A stretch of DNA of 63,840 nt, filler included, from an uncultured virus (IMG/VR IMGVR_UViG_2049941000_000232) (taxonomy: Duplodnaviria; Heunggongvirae; Uroviricota; Caudoviricetes). It is 34 parts of one record of this genome, joined end to end, with 100 filler letters (N's around TTAATTAATTAA, not from the genome) between each part and the next. Parts side by side here need not be neighbours in the genome. Positions count along the whole stretch, not along the records: positions 24,941 to 26,709 come from IMGVR_UViG_2049941000_000232; positions 26,810 to 27,904 come from IMGVR_UViG_2049941000_000232; positions 28,005 to 29,493 come from IMGVR_UViG_2049941000_000232; positions 29,594 to 29,745 come from IMGVR_UViG_2049941000_000232; positions 29,846 to 30,464 come from IMGVR_UViG_2049941000_000232; positions 30,565 to 31,919 come from IMGVR_UViG_2049941000_000232; positions 32,020 to 34,232 come from IMGVR_UViG_2049941000_000232; positions 34,333 to 38,534 come from IMGVR_UViG_2049941000_000232; 26 more parts are not named here. One strand, 5' to 3'. This document shows positions 25,134 through 37,926 of this stretch, piece by piece. The notes under the pieces were generated by a model that searched no databases, was not told where the DNA came from, and worked only from the letters and a program-made list of their open reading frames with translations. Numbering within the stretch: the stretch's first letter is position 1; each line of letters begins with the position of its first letter. The translations under genes and the position numbers were made by a program.

Positions 25134-25718
25134 NNNNNNNNNNNNNNNNNNNNNNNNNNNNNNNNNNNNNNNNNNNNNNNNNNNNNNNNNNNNNNNNNNN
25201 NNNNNNNNNNNNNNNNNNNNNNNNNNNNNNNNNNNNNNNNNNNNNNNNNNNNNNNNNNNNNNNNNNNNNNNNNNNNNNNNNNNNNNNNNNNNNNNNNNNN
25301 NNNNNNNNNNNNNNNNNNNNNNNNNNNNNNNNNNNNNNNNNNNNNNNNNNNNNNNNNNNNNNNNNNNNNNNNNNNNNNNNNNNNNNNNNNNNNNNNNNNN
25401 NNNNNNNNNNNNNNNNNNNNNNNNNNNNNNNNNNNNNNNNNNNNNNNNNNNNNNNNNNNNNNNNNNNNNNNNNNNNNNNNNNNNNNNNNNNNNNNNNNNN
25501 NNNNNNNNNNNNNNNNNNNNNNNNNNNNNNNNNNNNNNNNNNNNNNNNNNNNNNNNNNNNNNNNNNNNNNNNNNNNNNNNNNNNNNNNNNNNNNNNNNNN
25601 NNNNNNNNNNNNNNNNNNNNNNNNNNNNNNNNNNNNNNNNNNNNNNNNNNNNNNNNNNNNNNNNNNNNNNNNNNNNNNNNNNNNNNNNNNNNNNNNNNNN
25701 NNNNNNNNNNNNNNNNNN

Positions 25719-26104
25719 AATTACTATGCTCAAGCAAAAGCGTTGACTTTATTGAAAAAGAAAGAAGATTTTGCTTGGCTGAAGGAAATCAACTCCCAAA
25801 CCTTGCAGTTCTCTCTTCGCTGCTTGGAAACTGCTTATACTAACTTTTTCAGCGGTAGAGCGAAGTTTCCTAGATTCAAGGCAAAGAAGCACGGAGGTAG
25901 TTTCTCTATTCCACAGAACTGCACAATCAAAGAAGGAAAAATCTACATACCAAAGTTCAAGCAAGGTATCAAAATCAAAGAACACCGAACGTTCAAAGGG
26001 AATATCAGAAATATGACAATATCCGTAACACCAAGCGGGAAATACTATGTATCAATATTATCCGAAGTTGAACACGAACCTTCAAGGAAAACCAACAAGA
26101 AGGT
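25719..26104 (+). mobile_element. tnpB: IS200/IS605 tnpB fragment
   Basis: WLKEINSQTLQ..AYTNFF..FPRFK..TPSGKYYVSI. Confidence 0.92.
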
Positions 26105-26328
26105 NNNNNNNNNNCTTACACTCTGGATTTAATACTGGAAAGCATCGAGCTGTCATATCAGGCTAGAATCATTGCAGCATTGGCCATATCTGTCGATAAT
26201 AGTTACAATATTGCCTTTATGACTGAGTTTCTTGGCATCACGCACAGCAGCAGCTTTAGAAGTATATATGCACATCCTGTACCAAGAATCTCCGTCATTG
26301 GTCCATACTCAGTATGTTNNNNNNNNNN

Positions 26329-26565
26329 GAACAGCTGTACATAGAAGTCAGCATCCTTGCCATCTGATTCAGATACTACAGCAACATCTTCAGCTGTAAA
26401 TCCATTATACGAAGAACTTTTAAGAGTCTTCATGATCTCAACAATATACATGATATCAGGAGAATCCTTGAACCATTCAGGCTGGACATCATCTATGTAG
26501 ATCGGAGTCTCTACTAAGAACTTAACCATTCTCGCCATAGAGGCGACTTTCAGTTTACCTAGCAT
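26329..26565 (-). CDS. Probable N-terminus of the gp41-like helicase
   Basis: IDDVQPEWF pattern resembles gp41 N-termini; preceded by a GTGATTATAT motif. Confidence 0.4.
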
Positions 26566-27078
26566 ATCTTTTAATTCGTTTGTTATTTCCGAAATATATA
26601 ATCACAAAAAGAAACATAAAGATCCATCTGATTTACTATTAATGTCTGATCTTATGGTTAGGATACATGTGGCTGAGCCACGTGTATCCGGAACAGGCTA
26701 AAGTCCTGTNNNNNNNNNNNNNNNNNNNNNNNNNNNNNNNNNNNNNNNNNNNNTTAATTAATTAANNNNNNNNNNNNNNNNNNNNNNNNNNNNNNNNNNN
26801 NNNNNNNNNAGGTCATTCTTGAATGTCTGCATACGCTTAGTATCATCACTGACCACATTCTCATAATGAGACATGAGATACATGTTTTTAGCGTTGAATG
26901 ATGGATGTATAGATTCAGTGAATCCTTTGAAGTATGCTTTAAGTGTTTCAAACATATCTTTTCAATTTTAATGTTATTGTAAGAAAGTGTCTACCATTGC
27001 TGCAGTTCCTCCCCAATTATTATCAAATTGGTTGCTCAGATCATCAAAAGACAGATCCATTATATATCNNNNNNNNNN

Positions 27079-27904
27079 ATTTCATCCATACCAAAGCCGG
27101 ATCTATTGATCTGTCCTGCTGTGACAACGACAACATGCTCTTCAATAGCAAGCGCACGAAGCTCTTCTGTAATGTTCTTCAATTTCTCATACAGGTCAGT
27201 AGTACGTCTGTTGCGTGATGCCATGATACCAAGATAGTCCACAACGACCGTCTTAGGGTTATACCCTTTATCGCGCATCTTATGCAGTTCGTATCGGATA
27301 TCTTCAACAGTTCCTACAGATGTAGGGAACTGTTTGATCTTGATGCGTCCCCAAGATGAGTCTCTAGCTTCATCAAGCATGGCTTTAAGCTTGCTCCTGT
27401 TACCAGAAACCAGCGCGCTATACTGGTCGTCCCTCAGATTCAATATGCTTCCTGCAAGACGTGCAGCGATACGCTGTTCGCTCATTTCAAAAGATGCTAT
27501 CAATGTATCATCTCCATTCTTGGCAGAAGATACAGCTTCATTGCAAAGGAATATAGATTTTCCTATATTAGCCTCACCGAGATAACATATCAGCGTTCCT
27601 AATTCATATCCCTTAGGGATCATGCTCCACATGCACGGAGTGTAGTGGCCTTCATCTGGGTGGTGGTCATCTATAGAGAAGAAATCCATTCCTGCAGATG
27701 TTCCTCTTGACGATATCTGGGAGTTTTCAACGAGCAGCCTGCATTTAGCCGCTATATCAGGAAAGGACGATGCGTCAGTAGCAGACGTCATGAGCTCCAG
27801 AGTCTCTCCAAGAGAATCCCTCAGCTTCAGCCAAGATATCCATCCTATAAGGTTGTCAGCAATGTTTTGGGTAATTTCTCCTGACTGTGCCATGATCTGG
27901 TCAA
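27079..27904 (-). CDS. Replicative DnaB-like helicase (T4 gp41-like), core fragment
   Basis: GEANIGKS, SFEMS, VVVDYLGIM, TAGQINRSG. Confidence 0.92.
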
Positions 27905-28003
27905 NNNNNNNNNNNNNNNNNNNNNNNNNNNNNNNNNNNNNNNNNNNNTTAATTAATTAANNNNNNNNNNNNNNNNNNNNNNNNNNNNNNNNNNNNNNNN
28001 NNN

Positions 28004-28626
28004 NAGATATCATTGAGCCTGATGAGAGAGGAGTGAAAGTGACTTTAGGTGAAATATCCAGCGACGAGCCTATCCAGCCTGGAGTTGCAGTGCATCTTCC
28101 GTTCATCACAAGAATAGAGCGCTTCAGTGTAGTGCCTATGACATATGAGGTCAGATTCTCTGTAGGCGATGACGGTGCTATCACAAAGGATATGCAGACA
28201 GTCGGCTCTACTGTGGTCGTAAGATACAATTATGACGAGAACCGCATTATTGAGATCGTGAAGAAGTACCGCAAATCCAAGATCATAGAAGATGCTATGA
28301 GAGATTGCATCAAGGCGTCATTGAAAGAGATCACAGGAAAATACAGCATCTACGACCTTATCGCAAATCAGCAGGAGATCACATCCCAGCTGAGCAATGT
28401 CGTATTGAGGAGAATGCAGGACAATTATCCTATTCAGATCAATTCGACGACGATCACAAATTTCGATTGGGCTGATGATTTCGACAAGATGATCAAAGAG
28501 ACTGCCAACCGCACGCAGCAGGTCAAGCAGGCCGAACAAGAAGCCAATGTAGCAGCGGCACAGGCCCAGAAGAAGGTCCGTGAGGCTGAAGCTTCAAGAC
28601 AGGCTGCTGAAGAGATAGCCAAAGCC
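28004..28626 (+). CDS. SPFH/prohibitin (band 7) protein, partial
   Basis: ERGVKVTLG..PG.....PF, TKDMQ and a C-terminal Ala/Glu coiled coil. Confidence 0.85.
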
Positions 28627-28796
28627 NNNNNNNNNNATGTTGTTCCAGGAACAGGATCGGTTATCCCATTATCTTCTAAATAATTGAATATCAATCGTTT
28701 ATATAAGCTTGGCTAGAAATAGTCAAGCTTTTTATTGCGATTGTACAATCCTAAAAGTCCTTATGTGATTATATGATATATTTGAACAATACTAAA

Positions 28797-29038
28797 ATGA
28801 AACAAATGACGTTAATAGATTCTATACAGCCTGCGTATGACGCGATGGCTGCACGCGCAGCAAAAGTACATGCTGACGTGAATCAGATGTATGGCGACAA
28901 GCCATATTCGTATCATCTGTTCAGTGTAGCTGAAAAGACAGCACTGCTGATAGATACTATGTATCCTGACATCGAAGAAGATAAGAATATCATAACAGTT
29001 ATTCTTTTCGGAGCACTTTTCCATGACTCTATAGAAGA
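28797..29038 (+). CDS. HD-domain (p)ppGpp hydrolase-like protein, partial
   Basis: AAKVH..QMYGDKPYSYHL..VA...ALFHDSIE. Confidence 0.75.
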
Positions 29039-29048
29039 NNNNNNNNNN

Positions 29049-29745
29049 TCCCAAGGGTATCTTGCTTCTACAGAGTCTATCGAAAAGGCATACCCTCAGG
29101 CTGCAGGCTTCGACTGGGCATCTCATGTAGATGAGACATTTGATTTCATCGATAATGATGAGTTCTGCCATAAATATGTCGTACCGCGCAAACAGACGTT
29201 TGCAGTCAAGTCGCCGAAGAGATTGGATTTCGGGCGCAAGAATAAGTTTGATTATCTGATCCCCGGAAATTTCCCTACACACTATAACACATCTCAGCTG
29301 CGCGACGTTATACAGTATCTGTACCCTACAGATGTTGTAGATATCACCATCAAGATACACGGAACATCGTTCTTCGCTGGAAACGTAAAGTGCCACAAGA
29401 AGCTCGGCTTATGGGAAAAGATCAAGAAATTCTTCGGATGCTCTTGCCCTGAAACAGAATACCGCAAGCTGTATTCTACACGCAGGGTCGTCGNNNNNNN
29501 NNNNNNNNNNNNNNNNNNNNNNNNNNNNNNNNNNNNNTTAATTAATTAANNNNNNNNNNNNNNNNNNNNNNNNNNNNNNNNNNNNNNNNNNNNACTACGT
29601 ACGAGCTAAATTCTAATTATGAAGAATGCAAGTCCATACAAGAAGATGACACTTTGACGGAAGACGAGAAGAAAGAGAAGCTCAGACCTATGCACGGTTA
29701 TTTCGGCGATAATGGTAGAGTGACATTGCTGAAGATCAGAGGAAT
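29049..29745 (+). CDS. RNA ligase 2 family, fragments
   Basis: KIHGTS motif I; N-terminal GYFGDNGRV..KIRG at 29594-29745 should precede SQG at 29049. Confidence 0.8.
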
Positions 29746-29845
29746 NNNNNNNNNNNNNNNNNNNNNNNNNNNNNNNNNNNNNNNNNNNNTTAATTAATTA
29801 ANNNNNNNNNNNNNNNNNNNNNNNNNNNNNNNNNNNNNNNNNNNN

Positions 29846-30041
29846 GAAGACTTTAGACGAAGCAAGAGCTGCATTCCCTGAGTTTATCATTCTTTCGGTA
29901 CTCAATCCTGCAGTAACTTATTTGGAAAGAGGCATGCATCCAGAGGATTATGTACGATGCATCATAGATTATATCGGAGAGGATCCTAATCGTCCAGGTG
30001 TTGTAGATACGCCTAAACGTGTCGTTAAAATGTGGGATGAG
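29846..30041 (+). CDS. folE: GTP cyclohydrolase I N-terminal part with an upstream in-frame extension
   Basis: My translation: ...[24 protein letters not shown]. Confidence 0.85.
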
Positions 30042-30846
30042 NNNNNNNNNNTATTTAGCAGATAAGCTGTCAAAAAAGATCAACATTCCTTTACGTACAA
30101 TCTCTGATTATAAGCCAGATGATCCGACAACGACATTTGTCATTAGTGTTTCTTGGGCTTATGAGTGTGAGTATAAGATTCTNNNNNNNNNNATAAGAAT
30201 GATGAACAGACTCATATTAACATCAATGCTGTGTTGAGATATATTACGCTAGTTGATTCGCGCTGGTGTATTTCCATGCAGTTGCAGAACATATGGCATG
30301 TTCGTTAACTAATTCATAATTATACAGATAAATTATCAAGATGAAAAACAAATATGTATCACTTGGAGCAGCTTTGGATACTGCTATCGAGAACATAGGA
30401 AACCTTGGTATTGACGGCGACGCTGTTTTAATACCATGTACATGTTCAGATTACTATTTAGCAGNNNNNNNNNNNNNNNNNNNNNNNNNNNNNNNNNNNN
30501 NNNNNNNNTTAATTAATTAANNNNNNNNNNNNNNNNNNNNNNNNNNNNNNNNNNNNNNNNNNNNATAAATATAATAGTACTATTTATTCAATCGATGGAA
30601 ATTTTAGAGTTTAATAAAGCTTTCGACGTCAAAGAATTGAAAGGTATCATAGATAAAGCCATGCTGACAGCAGTTCCTGTCAGTGTAAAGCAGAAATGGC
30701 ACAATCTTATTTCTATGATACTTATGAATCAGAACCCAACATTGGCTTATAAGATCAAGATGTGGGATGTATTTGTGTCTGGCGGATATACTGATGCTAC
30801 ACAGGATATGGCTTGTTTTACAAACAAAATATTCAANNNNNNNNNN

Positions 30847-31087
30847 CCGCCAAACATAGCAGTATCATCAATCGTAAAAAGACTGAAACAAATCAGCACC
30901 AACTCATTATGGAAAGTGTATCATAGTTTCTTGAGGATGTATTTTTGGAAAGAGCATACATTTTGGAGTGATAGTTATTTCGCTTGTTCGATAGAAGAAG
31001 CTAATCCCGACGATATAAGTGATTATATAGTAAACCAAGGTTAGTGCAATTCATCCCCGAAACTGAAGATTTTGGGTTTCTTGCACT
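30847..31087 (+). mobile_element. tnpA: IS200-type Y1 transposase C-terminus plus terminal hairpin
   Basis: PPxxAVSSIVKRLK..FWSDSYFACS..YIVNQG; AATTCATCCC..GGGTTTCTT end, second copy at 58792-58840. Confidence 0.88.
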
Positions 31088-31365
31088 TCGTAAATAACGT
31101 ATACGTGCTATGTAACTAATATGATTGGCAATAACGCCGTGATGTCTGATGAGAACAGAAAGAAACTGCTTGAGCTAGACCTCAAGTGGGCTAAGATTAA
31201 GATGGCATCATATGAAAAGAAGAAAGAAGAAGTTGATCTTTCGGAGTACTATGATGAGTTTATGGGAAACTATAACTCAAAGAATCNNNNNNNNNNCATG
31301 CAGATATCAACATGGAACAAGATGCGATTGTTCATTAAAGCTTTATATGGAATTGTAACGGGTAA

Positions 31366-31919
31366 GTGAACTACCCACGAACTAAAGATTCGTGAGCTTC
31401 GGATTTCAACGCTGACAGCCTACGAATAGGTCTTACGTCTGCTCCNNNNNNNNNNCAGCCAAGCGAAATCTTCTTTCTTTTTCAACAAGGTCAAAGCTTT
31501 TGCTTGTGTGCGGTAGTTGTCACTCTTACCGCTCTCACTATACTGTCTTTTGCGTTCAGCAAGGAAATGGTTATACACAAAACGGACCGACCCGAAATAT
31601 CTCGCAAGAACTTGCTCTTGCTCCTTATTCGGATACATCCTGTATTTATATGTTTTGTATATCTTTACCATTTCTTAAATATTTCTGTAAAATTACTAGC
31701 ATTTTTGTNNNNNNNNNNCTCCTTGATTTTGATGCCTTGCTTGAACTTTGGTATGTAGATTTTCCCATCTTTGATGGAGCAGTTCTGAGGAACAGTGAAA
31801 CTACCTCCATTCTTTTTAATCTTGAATCTCGGAAACTTCGTTCTACCGCTAAAAAAGTTAGTATATGCGGTTTCCAAACAGCGAAGAGAGAACTGTAGTG
31901 TCTGGGAGTTGATTTCCTT
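31366..31919 (-). mobile_element. tnpB: tnpB element: right end/omega-RNA region (31366-31445) and 5' coding fragments
   Basis: GGGTAGTTCAC end with subterminal hairpin; MVKIYKTYKYRMYPNKEQ start at 31671. Confidence 0.9.
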
Positions 31920-32440
31920 NNNNNNNNNNNNNNNNNNNNNNNNNNNNNNNNNNNNNNNNNNNNTTAATTAATTAANNNNNNNNNNNNNNNNNNNNNNNNN
32001 NNNNNNNNNNNNNNNNNNNCAACTATTGTTGATGACAATATCACCAAGAAGCCTGAGGAAACCGTATGGCCTTTTGCAAGTCAGCTTAAAGACCGCTTGA
32101 ACACTATATGCACAGTTATCTTAGGAGAGAAATCTGAAGATATGGCCGTAGTTGACATGCTATCGGCACTGTTCACTATGGACCGTGATGTCATCCTTTC
32201 TGGATGGTCTGATGAAATCACAGGCAAGCTGGCAGATGCCCTTACTTTTAATGAAGATTTCCAGAAGAACGAAGATGTCATCGCATACTTGTTCGACTTA
32301 GCAGCTTTTGTATCTCATACATTCGAGATGAAGTCTTATCTTGAAACAACAGAAGACGAAGAGATCAAGAGCCTTCTTTCTGAGCTACAGCCAGTACTGA
32401 ACACAATCGAAAACATAACTGCTGTTTGTANNNNNNNNNN

Positions 32441-32941
32441 GTTCAGGATGTTGATCGATGCATTCAAATCTCTATCGATCATATTCCCGCAATGAGGACA
32501 TTTCCAATATCTGTCTTTCAGAGACAAATCTTTCTTGACATAACCACAGTGGCTACAAGTCTTTGAGGATGGATAGAACCTGCTCACTTTAACAAGCTGC
32601 TTATCGTCCCTCTCACATTTGTACGAAAGCAAATTCAAGAACATACCCCAGCTCGCATCAGCTATGCTTTGAGCGAGTTTGTGGTTTCTCTGCATTNNNN
32701 NNNNNNGGACAAACGCTTTTGAGCCTTTGTAAGTTTCTTGGCATAATGCTTGACAAACTTGTTGCTTGAATACCTCATACCATCGCTAGTTACTATGAAA
32801 TCTTTGATACCTAAGTCTATCCCTACCTTCTTGTTGGTTTTCCTCAAAGGCTTATGTTCGACTTCGGATAATATAGAAACATAGTATTTCCCGCTTGGCG
32901 TTATGGAGATCGTCATATTCCTGACATTCCCTTGGAATGTT
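32441..32941 (-). mobile_element. tnpB: tnpB fragments
   Basis: GIDLG, PSSKTCSHCG, CPHCG..DRDLNA. Confidence 0.92.
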
Positions 32942-32951
32942 NNNNNNNNNN

Positions 32952-33501
32952 ATAGAGAAAGGATCTTCTTATTCACTCACTGGTTCGACGGTACTGTCGA
33001 TGAGTTCGGATGGAGATACTATCCTGCAGAATACTACAATAATGGATGGGCTACAACAGATGCTTCACATGAAACAAGAGGACCTTTCGGACAGATAAAG
33101 AACTATAAGAATGTCATATGGTTCTCAGGCCACTCGCATTCTGAGTGGGAAGGTGAAAATGATCATCCTAACCTGAAGATACATTCGAATAATACTGCGA
33201 AGATGGTATCTGTGCCTGCAGTATATCGCTCCGGTGAATTTGCTATAGTCGAAGTATATGACAATATGGTAGTCATTCTGCCATATATCAGACAGAGCAA
33301 TACTGTGACAAGGCTGCAGTCTAAGACGTTTTATATTATGTGTGGAGGCTGGGCAACTGCTGGAACATATACTATCGTCAGAAACCTTACAGGTGTGACT
33401 AGCAGTAACACATCATCAACTATTGCATCAGGATCATCATATACAACAACATTGTCACTGGCTAGCGGATATAGCAACATGTCTGTGACAGTCACTATGG
33501 G
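32952..33501 (+). CDS. Metallophosphoesterase C-terminal part fused to an S/T-rich beta-repeat
   Basis: FLFTH..WFSGHSH followed by an Ig-like YTIVRNLTGVTSSN repeat. Confidence 0.6.
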
Positions 33502-34332
33502 NNNNNNNNNNAAACGCTTCGAAGATCAAACAATCTTTGAATGAAACAGTTTCTGCAGGCAATAGCATTCCTGTAGAATCAAGTTGGTACACGATCCTTC
33601 CTATAGGTATTTCTCGTGTATGCAAGATGAAGAGAGATCTTGAAGATATCGACAATCTTGCAAAGATGCACGGAGATGTCAAGTCATACATGTTCACCAA
33701 TCCTATAGGGTCTCTGATATTCCCTTCATGCATCTTGAAGAACTTCAACTTCAATAGCCTTGCTCCGGCTGATGCTCGTGCTATCGGCAGTATGATACGC
33801 AAGAAGAATACTGAACTTGCTAGCAAGACTTATACACCTAAGACAGAGCCTGTCTTGACATATAGCCTCAGACATGTCACTAGTGTCAAGAAGCTCATCA
33901 GCGATCTTACTGGAGCAGAGTGTTCTGACAAAGACACTATTGTAGAGATCGAGCTGCCTATTCTAGCNNNNNNNNNNAAGCGAAGTCGATGTGTGCTTTA
34001 TCGATGAAAGCCTTGCACAGGTAGACATCTATGCTATATGTGACATAGTGAAGCTGCTCCGCAGGTATACTCATCATCGCCATATAGGAATGTATATAGT
34101 GCATCATGCACAGATTGACGATACTTTGTTCGACAGTGTCATGCACGTATCTAAATCATCAGGATACTCTATGGTCGATGTCACTAGAAATTATATCAGC
34201 TAATACATGTGTAATATGAAAAAGGTATATATNNNNNNNNNNNNNNNNNNNNNNNNNNNNNNNNNNNNNNNNNNNNTTAATTAATTAANNNNNNNNNNNN
34301 NNNNNNNNNNNNNNNNNNNNNNNNNNNNNNNN

Positions 34333-35488
34333 ATTGACAGCAACAAATGGCTATAATACTATGCATATTTCAGTATATCAAGGATCGAGCCAAATTCATG
34401 AAGGTGATCATGGATCATCCGAAGGCGTCACTATCCGTGAGGTCGTAGGAAATATTGTTATCAATGCAACTGCTCCTATACCAACTGAGCCTTCATGGGA
34501 TACACCTGACAGCACATACCCTACATATGTCAAGTGTATATATGATGTGACTAGCGCATCTGAACCTACANNNNNNNNNNACAGGAGATTTATCAGTCTT
34601 AGATGCTAACGGAACATCATACACTGCAGGAGGAAATATACCTCCAAACGATGTATGGATCAAATACGGCATAGTAGCTCCTCTGAACTCTTCAGGGTAT
34701 ATTGGTGTGACTGTATTCTGCCAGCCTGAAAGCTCTGGGTTGAAGACAACGTATCTATTGAAAGAGATCAAAGTAGAAAGTGGCAATACAGCTAACCTGA
34801 AGATACATNNNNNNNNNNAAGGTGACACTTTCGCTATGACTAGTACTAATGTCTGTGGTTTGACAAGCAATCCAAATTACACAGTCCATGTAAAGAGTAC
34901 GTTCGATCAGTCAACTATATCAGGCAAGTTCCCAGGCGGAACCATAGTTGCAGATCTATAACAAATAGATCATATTGTAAAAGAGTGTACATCATCAGTG
35001 TGCACTCTTTTTTAATACCATATAGTGAAATGTTCAGTAAATATAATACGATAATGTTATAGTTTGATATGACCGATACATATGTTAATGTAGAACGTTT
35101 GACATTATTCAAACGACTACTTTTCCGATATCTTGCACCTATTCAGCATAACCATTCAGCTGAAGATATAGTTAAGATGACAGGTTACTCTAAAGCTGAA
35201 ACAGCTGCAGATATATCTGCTAATGATTCTTTGAATGTAGCTATAGGTAAGCTAGAAAAGGCGTTAGACAGTAAGGGTACAAGCAACCTTACTATAGGAA
35301 CTACTGCAACAACAGCAGCAGCAGGAAACCATACCCATACAATATCTATTGCAACATCTGAAGGTACTAGCCAAAGAACACTGGAGTATGGAGGAAAATA
35401 TGTGCTGACTGCTGGAGGCAGTTCATTTGTTTTCACTATGCCTCAAGCGACTTCATCTAGTGTTACTAGCGTTGCAGGCAAGACAGGT
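34333..35488 (+). CDS. Virion/tail-fibre-like fragments (new gene starts at 35069)
   Basis: HNH/HTH fibre motifs, DSLNVAIGKLE, VTSVAGKTG. Confidence 0.55.
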
Positions 35489-35498
35489 NNNNNNNNNN

Positions 35499-36704
35499 AG
35501 AATGGAGACCAATTTTCAGAAATATGATGGAAAGTGGTTTACCCAAACATCAGACATGATTGATATCAATCATTCGTTATTTTTAGAAAGACATCCAGAC
35601 ATAATAAGAGAGACTCAAGATACGTATGTAGTATCTTGCAGCGACCCTACATGCTCCATGTGTACTGAAAAGTCTTTTGAGATAGATAAGAATCTGTATA
35701 CACGCAGATCATCGCAGTCAAGCATAATATGTCCTATAAAATCACCATATGTGGATGAAACTGTGTCACAACCANNNNNNNNNNGCTCATCCATAGCAGA
35801 AACAGGGCTTCTTGATTATATCAAGAGCATCTACAATGGAGAGATTATATCTGGAGACCGCAAACTGATATATCCGTTAGAGCTAGATATAGTGATTCCT
35901 GAAAAGAGAATAGCTATAGAGTTTAATGGAATATTCTGGCATTCAGATTTCAACCCAAGGATGCACAAGAAATACCATCAAAATAAGTCATTGAAATGCA
36001 ATGAGTTAGGGTATCAATTATTACATATATGGGAAGATGATTGGTATTTGAGACAGGATATCATTAAAGATTACATCAAGTCCAAACTGCATTTATGCTC
36101 CAGGAGAGTGCATGCAAGGAAATGTGAAGTCAGAGAGATAGACAGCAAGAGCGCTGCGCCTTTTGTAAACGCATATCATATACAAGGATATGTAAATTCA
36201 ACATATAAGATAGGTCTGTTCTATGATGGCGAATTAGTTGAAGTCATGCTTGTCGGCAAGCTGNNNNNNNNNNGATCGAAGCCAAAAGAAGGATCGTATG
36301 AGATATATAGAGTTGTGTCTTGCAAAGACACTGAAGTGTCTGGCGGCTTTTCGAAGATGCTGAAATATTTCGAAAGGATGTATCATCCACGTGAAATCAT
36401 CACATATGGAGATCTATGTTATACAAAAGGCAATGTCTATAAAGTATGCGGGTTTGAAGAATGCGGATTATCTGCTCCATGCTATTCATGGGCTATCAAT
36501 GGCATCAGATACCATAGGTCGAATTTCATGAAATGCAAGCTTGAAGAATGTAGGAAAGACCCTTCGCTGACGGAAGACTATGTAATGCGGTCTAGGCATG
36601 CATACAAAATATGGGATGCTGGAAAGTTGAAATTCGTGAAAACTTACAAGTGTACTATGACGCATTATTCTAACGATCAAAACTTTCAGACCACGTATAA
36701 ATGA
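35499..36704 (+). CDS. Hef-like homing endonuclease (Vsr-like nuclease plus GNAT-like C-domain), fragments
   Basis: ELDI.IPEK.IAIEFNG.FWHS, HIWEDDW, ARKCE, HIQG, GGFSK. Confidence 0.8.
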   Translation, partial: RMETNFQKYDGKWFTQTSDMIDINHSLFLERHPDIIRETQDTYVVSCSDPTCSMCTEKSFEIDKNLYTRRSSQSSIICPIKSPYVDETVSQPXXXXSSIAETGLLDYIKSIYNGEIISGDRKLIYPLELDIVIPEKRIAIEFNGIFWHSDFNPRMHKKYHQNKSLKCNELGYQLLHIWEDDWYLRQDIIKDYIKSKLHLCSRRVHARKCEVREIDSKSAAPFVNAYHIQGYVNSTYKIGLFYDGELVEVMLVGKLXXXXSKPKEGSYEIYRVVSCKDTEVSGGFSKMLKYFERMYHPREIITYGDLCYTKGNVYKVCGFEECGLSAPCYSWAINGIRYHRSNFMKCKLEECRKDPSLTEDYVMRSRHAYKIWDAGKLKFVKTYKCTMTHYSNDQNFQTTYK

Positions 36705-36734
36705 ATCTTTAGCAACTCGAGTAGACTCCTATAT

Positions 36735-36770
36735 AATGATATGGCATAATGTTACTTATGCCATATCATT
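36735..36770. terminator. 15-bp perfect hairpin after the endonuclease gene
   Basis: AATGATATGGCATAA-N6-TTATGCCATATCATT. Confidence 0.55.
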
Positions 36771-36879
36771 AATACTTATATGTATTGTAATCATACGTAT
36801 AAGCTTTATTTATATCTTCCAGTATGCTAGCATCATCTAATGTCTCAGGGATATCCTTATCATCGAATCNNNNNNNNNN

Positions 36880-37926
36880 TATCCATCCGTCTCATACAGC
36901 ATATACTAGTGGATTATATAAGGTCACAGTTGATGCTGCAGGTCATGTCACTGCAGCTACTGCTGTTGTCAAATCAGATATAACAGCATTAGGAATACCT
37001 AGTGAAAATACATGGAGACCTTTAGGTACTGGTGCGACAGATGCTGCTGCAGGTGACCATAATCATAATTCATCTTATGTCAAGATTGATGGATCAAACG
37101 GCACGGCTGCTGGTGTCAGTGCTTTGATGAACAAATTAGCAGAAAGTACATCTACTCCACAAGATGCAGACTACTATATATCTCAATATGTAGGAGGAGG
37201 AACTTCTACAACAACTTATCATAGACGTCCTATGAGNNNNNNNNNNAACTGCAGAAGGTGTGCAAGCTTTTATTCCCGTTACTAGTGGGGCTGTATATTA
37301 TGCTCTTCAATACTACGCAGACAAGCAATATGTAGGTAGTAATTATGCAGGCATTAGCCATACACATAGTGCTGCTACTACAAGCGCTGCAGGCTTCATG
37401 AGTGCAGATGATAAGACTAAGCTAAATGGTATAGAGGCAGGAGCTAATAAANNNNNNNNNNNNNNNNNNNNNNNNNNNNNNNNNNNNNNNNNNNNNNNNN
37501 NNNNNNNNNNNNNNNNNNNNNNNNNNNNNNNNNNNNNNNNNNNNNNNNNNNNNNNNNNNNNNNNNNNNNNNNNNNNNNNNNNNNNNNNNNNNNNNNNNNN
37601 NNNNNNNNNNNNNNNNNNNNNNNNNNNNNNNNNNNNNNNNNNNNNNNNNNNNNNNNNNNNNNNNNNNNNNNNNNNNNNNNNNNNNNNNNNNNNNNNNNNN
37701 NNNNNNNNNNNNNNNNNNNNNNNNNNNNNNNNNNNNNNNNNNNNNNNNNNNNNNNNNNNNNNNNNNNNNNNNNNNNNNNNNNNNNNNNNNNNNNNNNAGC
37801 TCAGTTCTCGGGTTGACATCAACAGCATATGGAGGAAACGCTGCGACTGCTACTAAAGCAACTCAAGATGGTAGCGGAAATGTCATAAGCTCTAGCTACC
37901 TCAAATTATCAGGAGGAGTGATGACT
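36880..37926 (+). CDS. Tail fibre fragments
   Basis: GLYKVTVDAAGHVT, AGFMSADDKTKLNGI, ATKATQDGSGNVI repeats typical of fibres. Confidence 0.7.

Noticed and set aside
31366..31445. IStron (group I intron-IS chimera)
   Set aside because: Ends read TTCAC rather than a terminal G, and no intron core is visible beside the tnpB starts
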